Shown piece by piece: positions 44,118-56,146 of a stretch of DNA of 64,000 bases. Position 1 is the stretch's first letter, and every line of letters starts with the position of its first letter. Below the pieces are notes generated by a model. The model saw only the letters and a program-made list of their open reading frames with translations, was not told the origin of the DNA and ran no database searches. The stretch comes from the human T2T-CHM13v2.0 reference genome, Homo sapiens. The stretch lies in assembly GCF_009914755.1 (NCBI RefSeq), contig NC_060932.1; one strand, written 5' to 3'. Both the position numbers and the translations under genes were made by a program.

Positions 44118-44226
44118 AACAGTAAATAGTAAAAGGGAAGAAAATAAGAAAATTAAAGTGATAATGATAGATAAAAGGGAGAATACTAAGTAAAGGATGT
44201 GGATGAATTTTGGCTTGGAAAGTCTG

Positions 44227-44247
44227 ATCTTGTCCACATAGCTGTAA

Positions 44248-44284
<37 letters not shown>

Positions 44285-44310
44285 TGTGCGTGCGCACACA
44301 CACATATGTG
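44227..44310. repeat. Alternating purine-pyrimidine (TG)n(CG)n(CA)n tract
   Basis: Directly visible. Confidence 0.95.
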
Positions 44311-44327
44311 AAAGAGATAAACAAGTG

Positions 44328-44517
44328 ATTTCTCCCTCCCTCCTTCCCTTCCTTCCTTCCTCCCTCCCTTCCCTCATTCCTTCCTCCCTCCCTCCCTCCG
44401 TTCATTCCTTCCTTCCTTCCTTCCTCCCTCCCTACCTCCCTCCCTACCTCCCTCCCTGCCTCCCTCCTTCCTTCTTTCTCTCCCTCCTTTCCTTTACTTC
44501 TTCCTCCTCCTGTCTTT
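44328..44517. repeat. (CCTT)n/(CCCT)n polypyrimidine tract
   Basis: About 190 nt, almost purely C/T. Confidence 0.95.
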
Positions 44518-45339
44518 ATAATTAATGCCATTCAAAAAAGGAACTGAAATGGCTAATGGCATCTTATATTGAGTTTTATGCTTTTCAAAATATGTTCACA
44601 CTACCTTCTTGAATCCCCACAATAATTCTATCAAGTAGGTATTATCTTCCACATAAAATCAAAAGACTACGAACATTAAAATGACTTGTTAGAAATCACA
44701 CAGTAACTTAATAGAAGGACTGGGCTGGAACGCAGGGCTCCTAACTCCTAGACCAGTGTTCTTTTAAACATCGCCCTTTGTTATTAGCTAGCTCAATGAC
44801 AGGATTTTGTAGAAATGATAGGTAAGCTTAAAAGCAGGAAATGTAACTGTGGCAGCAGTCCTAGGAAATGCTACAGTTATCTTCTGAAACAGCCTGCCAA
44901 ACAGTGTGGAGTCATGGCGGGCTCCCAAGGACAGCGTGATGATTCCTCTTGGGCCTCTTCACCTGGTGTCAGGTTATCTTGGTAATAACTGGGGTGAACT
45001 AGGCCCTCCACTGGGCTCTGACATTTTGCCTGCCACTTGTGCACACTGAAAGGCATGACATTTCTTACACCTTTGAAAACATCAGGGAAAATCAAAGAAA
45101 TTTCTCTCATTCTGAACTTTACCTCTGCTGGGCCAAAAGGTTTGCTGCCAGGGCAGTAATAAAAGCAAGAAAGGGGAGAGTTCCATAAAGAAGAGATAAG
45201 TGGAATGGATTTATGGGCTGAAATAACAATCAACCAATGACCACACTAGTTAAATTGTCTTCTTCAATACCTGCACTCTATACTATGCCTTTCTTATGTA
45301 AAGAATAAACAAAACCTTTTTTTTTCTGTTTCAAGATAA

Positions 45340-45985
45340 TCTTGATTTTCATTGTGTGTAATTAAGGAGTACAACGTGATATTCTTTGGATTGATGCACA
45401 GCAGATACACATATTTTCAAGTCACGTGATAATTTAATACATTCACATAATTTGTGTACTTGGGATATCAATCAACTTACATATTTGTATTTTCTTTGTG
45501 CTAGAAACATTCAAATTTTTCTCTTCTAGCTATTTTTAAATGTACAATAGATTATCATAAGCTATAGTCACTTCACTGATCTATAGAACATTAGATGTTA
45601 TTTCTTCTATCAAACCAAATATTTGTACCCATTAATCAACTTCTCTTTATCCAACTTCTTTCCTCAGCCACCCTTCCCGGCATCTCGTAACCATGAATCT
45701 ACTCTCTATCTTTATGAGATCCACTGTTTTAGCTTCCGCATACAAGTACAAACGCAAAATGCTCTTTTGATAAACTTATGCATAGTGAAGCAGTGACTAC
45801 AGTCAAGCAAATTCATATATCTATCATCTCACAGAGTTAATCATCTTTTGTGTGCGTGTAACAAGAGCCCTTAAAATCTACTCTTTTAGCAAAAATCCTG
45901 AATACAAATAATTTTATTAATTATGTTCTTTGTTCTGCACACTAGATCTTCTAGACTTATTCATTCTGCATATCTGCTCCTTTGT
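45340..45985 (-). mobile_element. Two L1MA-like 3'-end fragments
   Basis: L1MA 3' UTR motifs: CTCTTCTAGCTATTTT, CTACTCTCTATCTTTATGAGATCCACTGTTTTAGCTTCC, AAAATCTACTCTTTTAGCAAAAAT. Confidence 0.7.
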
Positions 45986-46399
45986 ATAAAGGATAAACAA
46001 AAACTTTAAAGTACTTCTCTCTTCTGTCCTTCCAAGCCTACTAAGCACGTGGCATCCTCCCAGATAGAGAACCAACTCATTCACACACATAGTTGGCTGT
46101 TGTTTCACTCCGAAAGAGTTGATTTGAAATTATTTGACTGCATTAACTGAACTGATAACCAGCTGATCATTGCTACAGATAATGGGATTTCTTCAAGGCA
46201 TAGAGAAAGTCGTAACAATCCGATCTAGAATTATGATTTTTTTGACTATTCATATTGTAGGCCCCAGCCATCTCCAGTTGTGTATTCATTCACAACCCAT
46301 GAGCTGGCACCGGGGGATTGGCAGACCCTTGTTCCTGGAACTTCTCACTGGTTATCACGCCTAATGTTGGAACACTGTGGTACAGTGAACTCTGATTCC

Positions 46400-46468
46400 T
46401 GGAATTGTTACCAGGCGACCACGGCGTCATCAAATGACCTGGCAATTCCGTCTACTGATGTCTCGAAC
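46400..46468 (+). promoter_or_regulatory. KCNU1: Putative KCNU1 core promoter / 5' UTR with RFX X-box-like and CRE half-site motifs
   Basis: GTTACCAGGCGAC at 46407-46419 and CGTCA at 46425-46429, just upstream of the ATG. No CpG island and no obvious TATA box. The TSS cannot be determined from sequence. Confidence 0.55.
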
Positions 46469-46663
46469 ATGTTTCAGACTAAGCTACGAAATGAAACTTG
46501 GGAAGACTTGCCAAAAATGTCCTGCACAACTGAGATCCAAGCAGCATTCATTCTCTCTTCCTTTGTGACCTTCTTCAGTGGACTCATCATCCTGTTGATC
46601 TTCAGGCTGATCTGGAGATCTGTTAAAAAATGGCAAATCATCAAGGGAACAGGAATTATCTTG
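46469..46663 (+). CDS. KCNU1: KCNU1 (Slo3) coding exon 1, 65 aa: N-terminus and S0 transmembrane segment
   Basis: MFQTKLRNETWEDLPKMSCTTEIQAAFILSSFVTFFSGLIILLIFRLIWRSVKKWQIIKGTGIIL, recognised as the human Slo3 N-terminus. The hydrophobic S0 resembles Slo1 [20 protein letters not shown]. Context aacATG, donor TTG|gtcagt, 195 nt, phase 0. Confidence 0.96.
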
Positions 46664-49363
46664 GTCAGTTTCCTTGTTAGGGATCCCTCTGTGTGAAGTC
46701 AGAGATGAGTTTGGGGTAGTTTTGTGTTTAGTAAAAGATCTAAGCTTCATTCAGTTTTTCAAGCTAACAGAGTCAGCTTCTATAGCCTGGTGCCTCAGAA
46801 AGGGTGGTAAGCCAGACCTCAGGCCACATTCTGAGGCCTGAAGAGACAGGGCCAAGCCTCTTCTCTCTCCCATCACTGGAAAAAGCAATGTCTTGTATGG
46901 ATAATGATTAATGTTAGCTCTGGAAACAGAGGTCACTGTTCTGAAAAAAAGTTCATAAACATTATGTCCATGCCTCTATCTCGAATTTTAACAAGACAAT
47001 TGTGCTAGGTCGTAGAAAGGAGGTGAAAGGGAACAAGACATCAACGTCAACCTTGCTTTCATAAATTGTTCATGCATAATGCATATGTACTGACGTGTAC
47101 ATTGCCTTTTGTATACCATATGAAGACAACACATTGAGTTGCACATACACAGAGAAGCCCATGCATACATGCCTGTGCCATCCAGGCATAGATGCAAGGA
47201 CATTTCTTATACCCAAACAAGCTTAGCAGGAGTTGATGTTGTTGAATAACAGCTGGCAAATGATGATGATGAGAATAAATGATGTATTATACAGATAAGG
47301 CATTGCTTAAGAGCTTGAAATAAAGCTCTCAAATGCTGTGTAATGGATGTTCTATTACCAGAGGTCAAAGGTGAAGAGTTTTACTATACCCTGTGTAGTT
47401 TGTTTCCAATTTTGCTTCCCAAACTTTCTTTCTCTGATAGATTATAGCAATTTCCATAACACAACACATTTCACCTGTGCATCATAATATTGAAAATTTG
47501 CTTAAAACATTTCTTTTAGTGCTAAAACCTACATAAAATATAATTCATAAATTGATAAGTTTTTAAAGTTATTGGTAATATGGAATTTTGTTTTCCATAT
47601 TTGAAAATTATCCAATACTGAAGCTTATAGATTTTGTTCCTAAACAAGTTTATTCTATTGATTATTTCTACATTATGGATTTTAAGCTGTGGCACAATAA
47701 TTGGAGAAAGAATTCTGGGATACTGACATATGGGTAAATAGCTATGATGGATCTGCCTCCTTGTTTCTACCTTGTTTTGTTGTTGTTAATGCACAACTGA
47801 ATTTGTAGGATTTTTAAATCTTCTTAGTCTTCTGCTCCAGGCAATGTTCTTCTTCTCCATTATGTTCATTTTGTGTGATTACAAAAATGTGACAGTACAT
47901 TTGTCAATTTCCTATATTTTTCATTTCTTACTTTGGGTGTAATTTATGTCTACACTTCGATCCAGGTATACCCTTTAATTACAAATATTTAGCAAATGTT
48001 ACAAAATGTTAAGAAGTGAGCCTGAGCAACCAGAATGCTGTACCATTCTGCTTTTGAATCTTGAGGAAAGAGTTTGATCAAGTTGAGTTACTTTTCAATG
48101 ATTTGTTTTATTACATCAAATTAAGAGTGACCTGTTTTTCTCTAAGCCTTTGGAGAAGTTGGACAAATGCAAAAAAAAAAAAAAATCAGAAATCTAGGTG
48201 TACTGTGAAGAGTTATTTTAAAAATTATTTGGAGAGTTACAATTTCTCTCCTTAAATGTGCATTTAAAACATGTATTACATCTATAAATATGAGTTTATT
48301 ATATCTTAGGACCAATTTGTTTTTCCACAGAAGGTAGCTCCAATTTTATGATGGAATTCAAATGAGTATTCTATATTAATGTCATACCTAGGATTTTTTA
48401 AAATTAATTCTCAGACAACATTTAGAAACCGACATGAGTCATGTTTATTAGAGGGCAAATCATTGATCAGGATGTGAACTTTTATCAAAGAGTTTTTTAA
48501 TGAGACTTCCCTTTTTATCATTCAGAAAATATGAGTAGAAAAATTAAGTGATTTTGAAATCCTGGCTTCATATAAAATGAGCTTTTTTGAAAGTCAGAGG
48601 GACTCATCTAGCTTGGTGTGGGTAGTCCTAGTTGGTTTGTGTATTTCTTTGTGGTGGTTCTAGACTATTATCAACAAACAATGAATGCCAGCTCAGGCCC
48701 CAGCCTTTCCTCATTGCCTGATATTAGGAAAGTCATTTAATTTCTCTATACCTTGGTATCCACATCAATATAAAATGTATTTAGTCATGCCTAACTTTAT
48801 CATATGAGATTACCGTAACATTTAAATATAATAAGTAAAGACATTCTATAAATGTGAGGAAGGATTATAATTTCAGAATATAACACCAGGCAAAAAACTA
48901 AGAGCAACACAAAATTGCTGAAAACTTCCCCCTTCTCTCACAAAATGCGGACACTTAAGTAATCAGCTAAAAAATCAATTTGTAATCTTTTTCTCTTTGT
49001 CCACGTATCTTGATGAAAACTGCTACACTTATACCCAGAGCAGAAGGAGGCATGATGCTCCCAATTCTGATCATTGCAATGATGGCAGTTTGAAGGGTCT
49101 GGGACCGGGTATACATGAGAAAGACATGGAGGAAGACTGCAGAATTCAGTAGAAAAAAAGCTGTGCAGAAAACCAGGAAAATGCAAACCCAGTAAAATCC
49201 GTTTTATGAAATATTGAATAAGCAACTTCAGGGTTCCCTGGTTTGGACAAGGTGGAGTGATTTTCGACTGATACCATCACAAGAGGCTCCATCAACGTAA
49301 GTAGAACAGATTTCTTTCTCTCAGATCCAGCTCACATTGTCAATTTCTTTCTCTTGATTGTAG

Positions 49364-49483
49364 GAACTGTTCACATCAGGTACCATCGCTAGGAGCCATG
49401 TAAGAAGCCTCCACTTCCAGGGACAATTTCGTGATCATATAGAAATGTTGCTTTCAGCCCAGACCTTTGTGGGGCAAGTGTTG
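49364..49483 (+). CDS. KCNU1: KCNU1 coding exon 2, 40 aa: S0-S1 linker into S1
   Basis: Acceptor ttctttctcttgattgtag|GAA. ELFTSGTIARSHVRSLHFQGQFRDHIEMLLSAQTFVGQVL resembles Slo1 ISAQTLTGRVL. Donor TTG|gtaagt, 120 nt, in frame with exon 1. Confidence 0.96.
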
Positions 49484-49689
49484 GTAAGTACATTTTCAGT
49501 GTTAGCTTGCTAACAAACTTTAGCCATAGGTGTGATTATAGTCAGCACAAATCAATTGATTCCCTAGGTAAACAACTGACGTTCCTTTGGTCGTCTTATC
49601 TATAATATCACCACCTCCCCATCCCCATCTCCTTGTGTCTACCACTCTTTACCCGTTATCTTGCTTTGTTTATCTCTGGAATGAATACG

Positions 49690-49982
49690 ATTACTAATAA
49701 TTAGATTATATTATTATAATAATTTTATAATATTAATATAAATCATATGATATGTTGTTAATAATGTTATATTATTAATAATGTATAATACATTATCCGT
49801 AATAATATGTAATTGTATAGAATATTATATAATTATTAGTAATTATATTCTTACTAATTATAGTTAATTACTAATTATATAATTATATATTTATAAATAG
49901 TAATATATATTGACTAATTAATTATATATTTATAATTATATAATTACTAATTATGTATTATAATCATATTTTATATTTATTT
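49690..49982. repeat. AT-rich low-complexity tract
   Basis: About 290 nt of nearly pure A/T with recurring TAATTATAT and ACTAATTA units. Confidence 0.9.
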
Positions 49983-51136
49983 TCAGTCTTTCCACTAGGA
50001 AGAAAGCTTTGTTAGGGCAGTATTTGTGAGCGTTTGGTTCTCCTTATATATGCAGATGGGTGTGCACATAGATATTTTCAAAAAATGTTTAGTAAACTAA
50101 TCAGACCTGAAATGTATAGCTAGTTTCCTCTCCTTTGATTTCAATAGACTCTTTATTTCATTATGCAAACTAGCCTTTAGTGTCCCTCTATGATATTTAT
50201 CACTCTACTTCCTATTTTAATCTCGGTAATTTGAATGTATTAAATCTCACTTTGGGCATCATCTTCTCGGGGCATCCTAACCTTACCTCTTTATTAGGCT
50301 AAGAGTTCCTCCTCTAGCTTCTTTAATAATCGTTGAGCATTGCTATTAAAATTATCTGTGCACATGCTTGTCTCTCCCAGAGTACAGTGAGCTCCTGTCT
50401 AGACTATGTCATGGAAATGTTTATTTCCCATTGTCAGGAAATAGCAGATGCCCTATAAATGAAGATTGCCCTGATCCTCCTTTCAGTAGTGTAGTTTGAT
50501 CTAAAATATGAAAAGATGAAATTTGTAATTAGGGGTATGCTGCCATCAGTTGGTCTTATGGTGGAAGTAGTTTCATGTGAGCTAAAGATTATCCTCTGTT
50601 TTTTATAACTAGCAAAAACATGGCTCTTTTCCAGTTACTGTTTAATTCTGATCTAATAAATTACTAAAGCTTGGTTGGAAGTATTAAGTAAAACTGCTTT
50701 CATAAAAGCTGCAGGGAATGTTGAATCATCTGGAAATGTGCCTCTCCTTTTTCTGTCTTCTGAAGTTTTTGATCTCTTTTCCTGAAATCTCTGTGGGTAT
50801 GACCCATTGAAGAAGGATTTTGCAATTCTCTCTGATGATATCAGGGATTTGTTGGTTAGGATCTCTTCAAATGTTCAAGTCATGTTTGTGTGAGAAACTT
50901 TGGGAATAATATATTAAAGGTCACTAGGGTGAGGGAGAAGGGAACTTACAACATCCATCATATGAGCATTGCATATGGGAAGTGGGTGGGAAAGGAATGA
51001 TGAAAAATTACATACCAATAAAAATGACTTATTTAATGAAGGGAAACTGTATTATTTTAGCCTATAACAGCTGGTGATTAGCTAGTTGGAACAGCAGGAG
51101 GCAAGGAGTAAAGCTTAGATTAGAATAAATGCTCTA

Positions 51137-51435
51137 GGCCGGGTGCAGTGGCTCATGCCTGTAATCTAGCACTTTGAGAGGCAGAGGCAGGAGAATCGCT
51201 TGAGCCTAGGAGATCAAGACCAGCTTGAGCAGCATAGCAAGACCTCACCTCTACAAATAATTTAAAAGTTAACTCAGCGTGTTGGCCTGCACCTGTGGTC
51301 CCACCTACTCAGGAGGCTGCGATAGGAGGATCGCTTGAGCCCAGGTGGTCAAGGCTGCAGTGCTGCAGTGAGTTGTGATCATGCCACTGCACTCCAGCCT
51401 AGGCGACAGAGAGAGACCCCATCTAAAAAAAAAAA
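51137..51435 (+). mobile_element. AluJ-like
   Basis: J-type GGATCGCTTGAGCCCAGG...CAAGGCTGCAGTG, an internal GCTGCAGT duplication, and CTCTA on both flanks. Confidence 0.9.
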
Positions 51436-52199
51436 CACTCTAGCATGGAAAGGCATAACTGAGTCTCTTAGAGATCCCAAGTACAGTTTTAAGTTCTCTT
51501 AAAATGTCTTATAGTTCCTTCCTTCTATCCTTCTTTCCTTCCTTTGTAATTCTTTTACTTCTTTCAACAAATATTTATTGTTTGCCAAGTACATGCTAGG
51601 CCAACACTCTAGGTATAGTGGAAAGTTCAAGCAAGAGACTTGCATTTAAGAAACTTAAATTCTAGTGGGGGTAGATACGAAAATTACATACATACATAAA
51701 TAAGATAAATTCAGATGAGGAATGCCATGAGGGAAATATGAGTGAAGTGTTTGTGAGGTATGGTTGTTACAGAGTAAGATCACAGTGGTGAGAGAAAAAA
51801 ATCTCTAAAAAGGTAAGATTTGAGCTAAAGCATGATAACAAAGAATAAAGCAACTGAAGAATTAAGGAAATAGAGTTCCAGATTGAGAGAATAGAATTGC
51901 GGAGGCAAAGAGCTCCACAAGAGTTTACTGCAAGTACCAGAAGGAGGCTCCTATGCTAGGGACATGGAGGGCAGGGGACAGCGAGGTCTGAGAAGAGACT
52001 GGAAAATGGCACAGTGTCTTAAGATTCATAGGGAAGAGCTACAAGACTCAAAGGGAATCACTCTATTCTAAGGTAAAGGGATGTCTGAGATCTTAAAGTA
52101 TGAGTTGACATGGTCTGATTATATTTTAAGGTTCAAGAGGCACTAAAGGCTGAAAATAAAGGAACTGTCAAAAGTAAGCCAGGAAAATGATGGTAGAAA

Positions 52200-52990
52200 T
52201 TAGGAATACAGTTTTAATATCACATAAGCTTAAATTCAACAAAATTCAACCATAACCTTTGAAATGATAAATGTAACAAACCACAAAGAAGATATAACAT
52301 CATTAACATCACTGCACCAAAAATATAACCTCAAGATATGTAAAACATTAAAAAGTTATTTTGATAAATGAAAAATAATTAAAATTAGTGAACTAAGTAT
52401 CAAATGCAAAAAGTTAGAGAATAAAAACATTAAATCTAAGCAGAATAAATTTAAAAGATAGTTAGAAATTAATGAATTATAAAACAGCCGATTACTTCAA
52501 ACAATGAAATAGAGAAATAAATAGCTAGTCTATAAAAAAGGAAAAAAAAAGGAAAAAGTACAACTATATGAAGTAAGACATTTAAATGAGAAAATAAGTA
52601 TAGATAAAAAGGAAATTGAAAATATATATGTAATTAATTTTGAAAACTGGATGATTTCTTATGATAATATGAATTACCAAAACTATCCATAAAAGGAGAA
52701 ATTTAAACAGACCAAATATCTGGATAAAACAAAGTTGTCAAAGACCCATAATCATCTTCACCACCCTCCCTTTTTGCCCCTTCGATGAGAGACTTGGATG
52801 ATTTCAAGGACCAGTCTACAAAACCCTCAAGGAATAGATATCTCTAATGCTAATTAAACAGCTCCAGGTCATGGAAAAGAAAGCATTACATTTTCTTTTC
52901 CAATGAAGACACAGTACTTATATGAAAATCCCCCCAAATAGCAACTTTTTATATACCCTACAAACTAATGCCCTTAATACTTTGAGGGAG
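52200..52990 (+). mobile_element. Very old L1 (L1ME-like) internal fragment
   Basis: Decayed ORF2-like A-rich sequence (GAAATTTAAACAGACCAAATA, AAAACCCTCAAGGAATAGATA). Confidence 0.5.
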
Positions 52991-55047
52991 AATACATGGG
53001 CAACCACTCAATAGAAGACAAAGAAAAGGAATAAGGAGGAAGAGGAAAATAGGAAGATGGAAAAAAAAAAAAGGAAAAAGGAGAAAGAGGAAAAGAGGAA
53101 GTAGGAACGTGAGAAGGGAACTCCAACAGTCAAATAAAAAGATTCCCTTCAAAAAAGCATGTCCTCTAGAGGTCTTCCTATGTTGTTAATATTAATAGAA
53201 TATGACAAGGTATTGATCAACTCTGTAGCATCTATGGGTTTGATGTTTAGTGCATCTATGGGTTAGGTGTGTTATATCAACTACCTGCGGAAAAAAATTT
53301 TCTTCTAAATTTAGTTCCAAATATGGTTCTATTCTCAAGCAATTATCTTATTTCTTTTTGAGATTTTGTGTGGTTGTTAATTACATAACTGACTGTGTTT
53401 CTCTATTGCTTTGTGGCTAGAAAATGTAAAACCAAAATTATGGCTTATTTTTAGCAAATGTATCTATTTTTAACATCATCCTAAGCACTACTGTATGTTC
53501 ACATTCTGTTTTTCTGGCTTCTCTGGCTTCTTTTTTCTTCAGGTAATCTAGCATTTTGTGTTTTTGTATTCTGCCTTAAATCCTTTCTGTAAATGCATAA
53601 CCTTTTCTGTGAATGTGTAATCCTCTCTGTAGATAAATTAAGCCCCTAGCAACAACAACAGTTGTCAACCTTAGTATACAGAAGAACTAAGTGCACAAAT
53701 AAAGCATCATAATTCATTTGGAAATGGGAAAGAATATTTCAAAAACGGTGCCTGGAATGACTAAATTACTTATTTTGCTGTTTTTTGCTCATTTTCCTAA
53801 TGTAATGCAACCTCTCGGAAAAAAAATGAGAAAAACATAAAACATATTGGAAAAGATCAGTCTCTTCATATTTTATATGCATTGTTTATGTGAAAATAAA
53901 CCTTTTCCACCACCTTGAGATGAGCTGTATCTTTGTTTTTTTCCACTTCCTTTCCTTATTCCATATTTTATATTGAATATACCATCAAGCATCAAGAATT
54001 TATTTTGGTATGTAGCATGAGAATACAGTTTAGAGATCGTTATCCTACAAATAAAGAAAACACTGTCAGGAAACACTACACTATCTTCCTAGAAAATTTT
54101 TTGCAGATGATTACCTTGTTTATGTTTTTTTCTACACTGATCATTTACGGATATTATTGTTTATATTTTCATGCACATGATACAGTATTTTAAAAGTACA
54201 AAGTAAAAACTAAATTCCTTCCTTACCCCTATCCCCAGAAGCAAGTACCTACTGCCATGAGTTTCTTCCTTCAAAGCTCTGCAAGTTCTCAGCAACATTG
54301 TCAGATTTATTTTATTTAGGTGTTCAGGCCACTTAGGATACTCTTCTCCTCCCATAATTGTATCTATAAATAAAAATTTTGAAATAATGTGTTACTTCTG
54401 TGGCACTTCTTTGTGGAGAGTAATAAAGTGTATGGCTCGTGAAGCCAGTGGAGGTAAAATTAGATCTGAATTCAAGTTAGTCCATAGATCCTGTCTTCAA
54501 ATAGGGATAGACCCTGCGAGAAAGGGAAGGATGTCAACAGGTTTCTGAAGGGTCAGCAGGTGGAACAGTTCTCCAACTTTCCTAGGTTCTACTTCCTAAC
54601 ATTGATGAAGCTGCGAACTCCACATGCTCGTTTTCCTTTCCCCCACTACCATTTCACAATCCGTTTTTCAAGAGAGGCACTATCATTACCTGCTTTTTAA
54701 ATGAGGAAACTGACACATATCTCATAGAAATACAATGTAAAATTTATAAAGTGGGGATGAAAAATGCTGTCTATAGATTTCAATAAATGAGCTAAAATAT
54801 AAGAATGTGTTAACATTATAATCATTATTATAGTGTTGTCATTATTACACGAGTTAATAAGTGTAAAATATATATAGGTTCTGCATATAATAAGTATATA
54901 TAGGTATTGTTATTAATATTTGTATAAACAAAATATCTCAGTACTTATATCTATAAACGTAAACCATGACTAATATTGATGTTGAACCCTGTCTCATTCT
55001 AACAATAAGTGATATCTATAAATACCTACATTAATTTGAAAAACCCA

Positions 55048-55453
55048 AATGTGGCACATATACATCATGGAATACTATGCAGCCATAAAAAATGATGAGT
55101 TCATGTACTTTGTAGGGACATGGATGAAGCTGGAAACCATAATTCTCAGCAAATTATCACAAGGACAAAAAACCAAACATCGCATGTTCTCACTCATAGG
55201 TGGGAACTGAAAAATAAGAACACTTGGACACAGGAAGGGGGACATCACACACAGGGGCCTGTTGTGGGATAGGGGGAGGGGGGAGGGATAGCATTAGGAG
55301 ATATACCTAATGTAAATGATGAGTTAATGGGTACCACACACCAACGTGGCACATGTATATATATGTAACAAACCTGCACGTTGTGCACATGTACCCTAGA
55401 ACTTAAAGTATAATAATAAAAAATAAAATAAAATAAAAATAAATAAATAAAAA
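55048..55453 (+). mobile_element. Short 5'-truncated L1PA 3' end (~400 bp)
   Basis: AATGTGGCACATATACA...GTACCCTAGAACTTAAAGTATAATAA plus an (AAAAT)n tail. Flanks GAAAAACCCA / GAAAAATCCA. Confidence 0.95.
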
Positions 55454-55834
55454 GAAAAATCCATCTCATGGATGAATTTTTTATAAAATTTTACTTTTCA
55501 TGTTTTGTAATGATCAGCTTATAATGTTGTTTAATGAAAATTATAATGACAATTCAATCCAGAAAAAAATATATAAAATAATATTTTGAGGCAGATGTCA
55601 AGAAATTTAGATTCCTTTTTGGTTTCTTGCACCTATCTTGAGATTTCAAATGTGCTCTCCAATTTTTCCGCTTGTTTATTATTGGAAACAATATTTGTTA
55701 GGGGCATTAAGCAGTAATTACTAATCAACATGACATTTTATGTTGTAACTAGGATGATCATAAACACAGATTTCTGCTAGTTGTCTTAGTGTAATTGTTA
55801 ATAGAGCCTCTTTTATTCTTAAACGTCTATATAT

Positions 55835-56146
<312 letters not shown>

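Noticed and set aside
43627-44531. Longest ORFs in the track (224 aa, 139 aa, 108 aa)
   Set aside because: They run through an LTR, a (TG)n tract and a CT-rich tract. Low-complexity translations (HTHT, GREGG) explain the lack of stops.
46280-46696. 138-aa single-exon protein
   Set aside because: It is KCNU1 exon 1 plus upstream frame and intron read-through. The donor at 46664 and the in-frame exon 2 explain it better.
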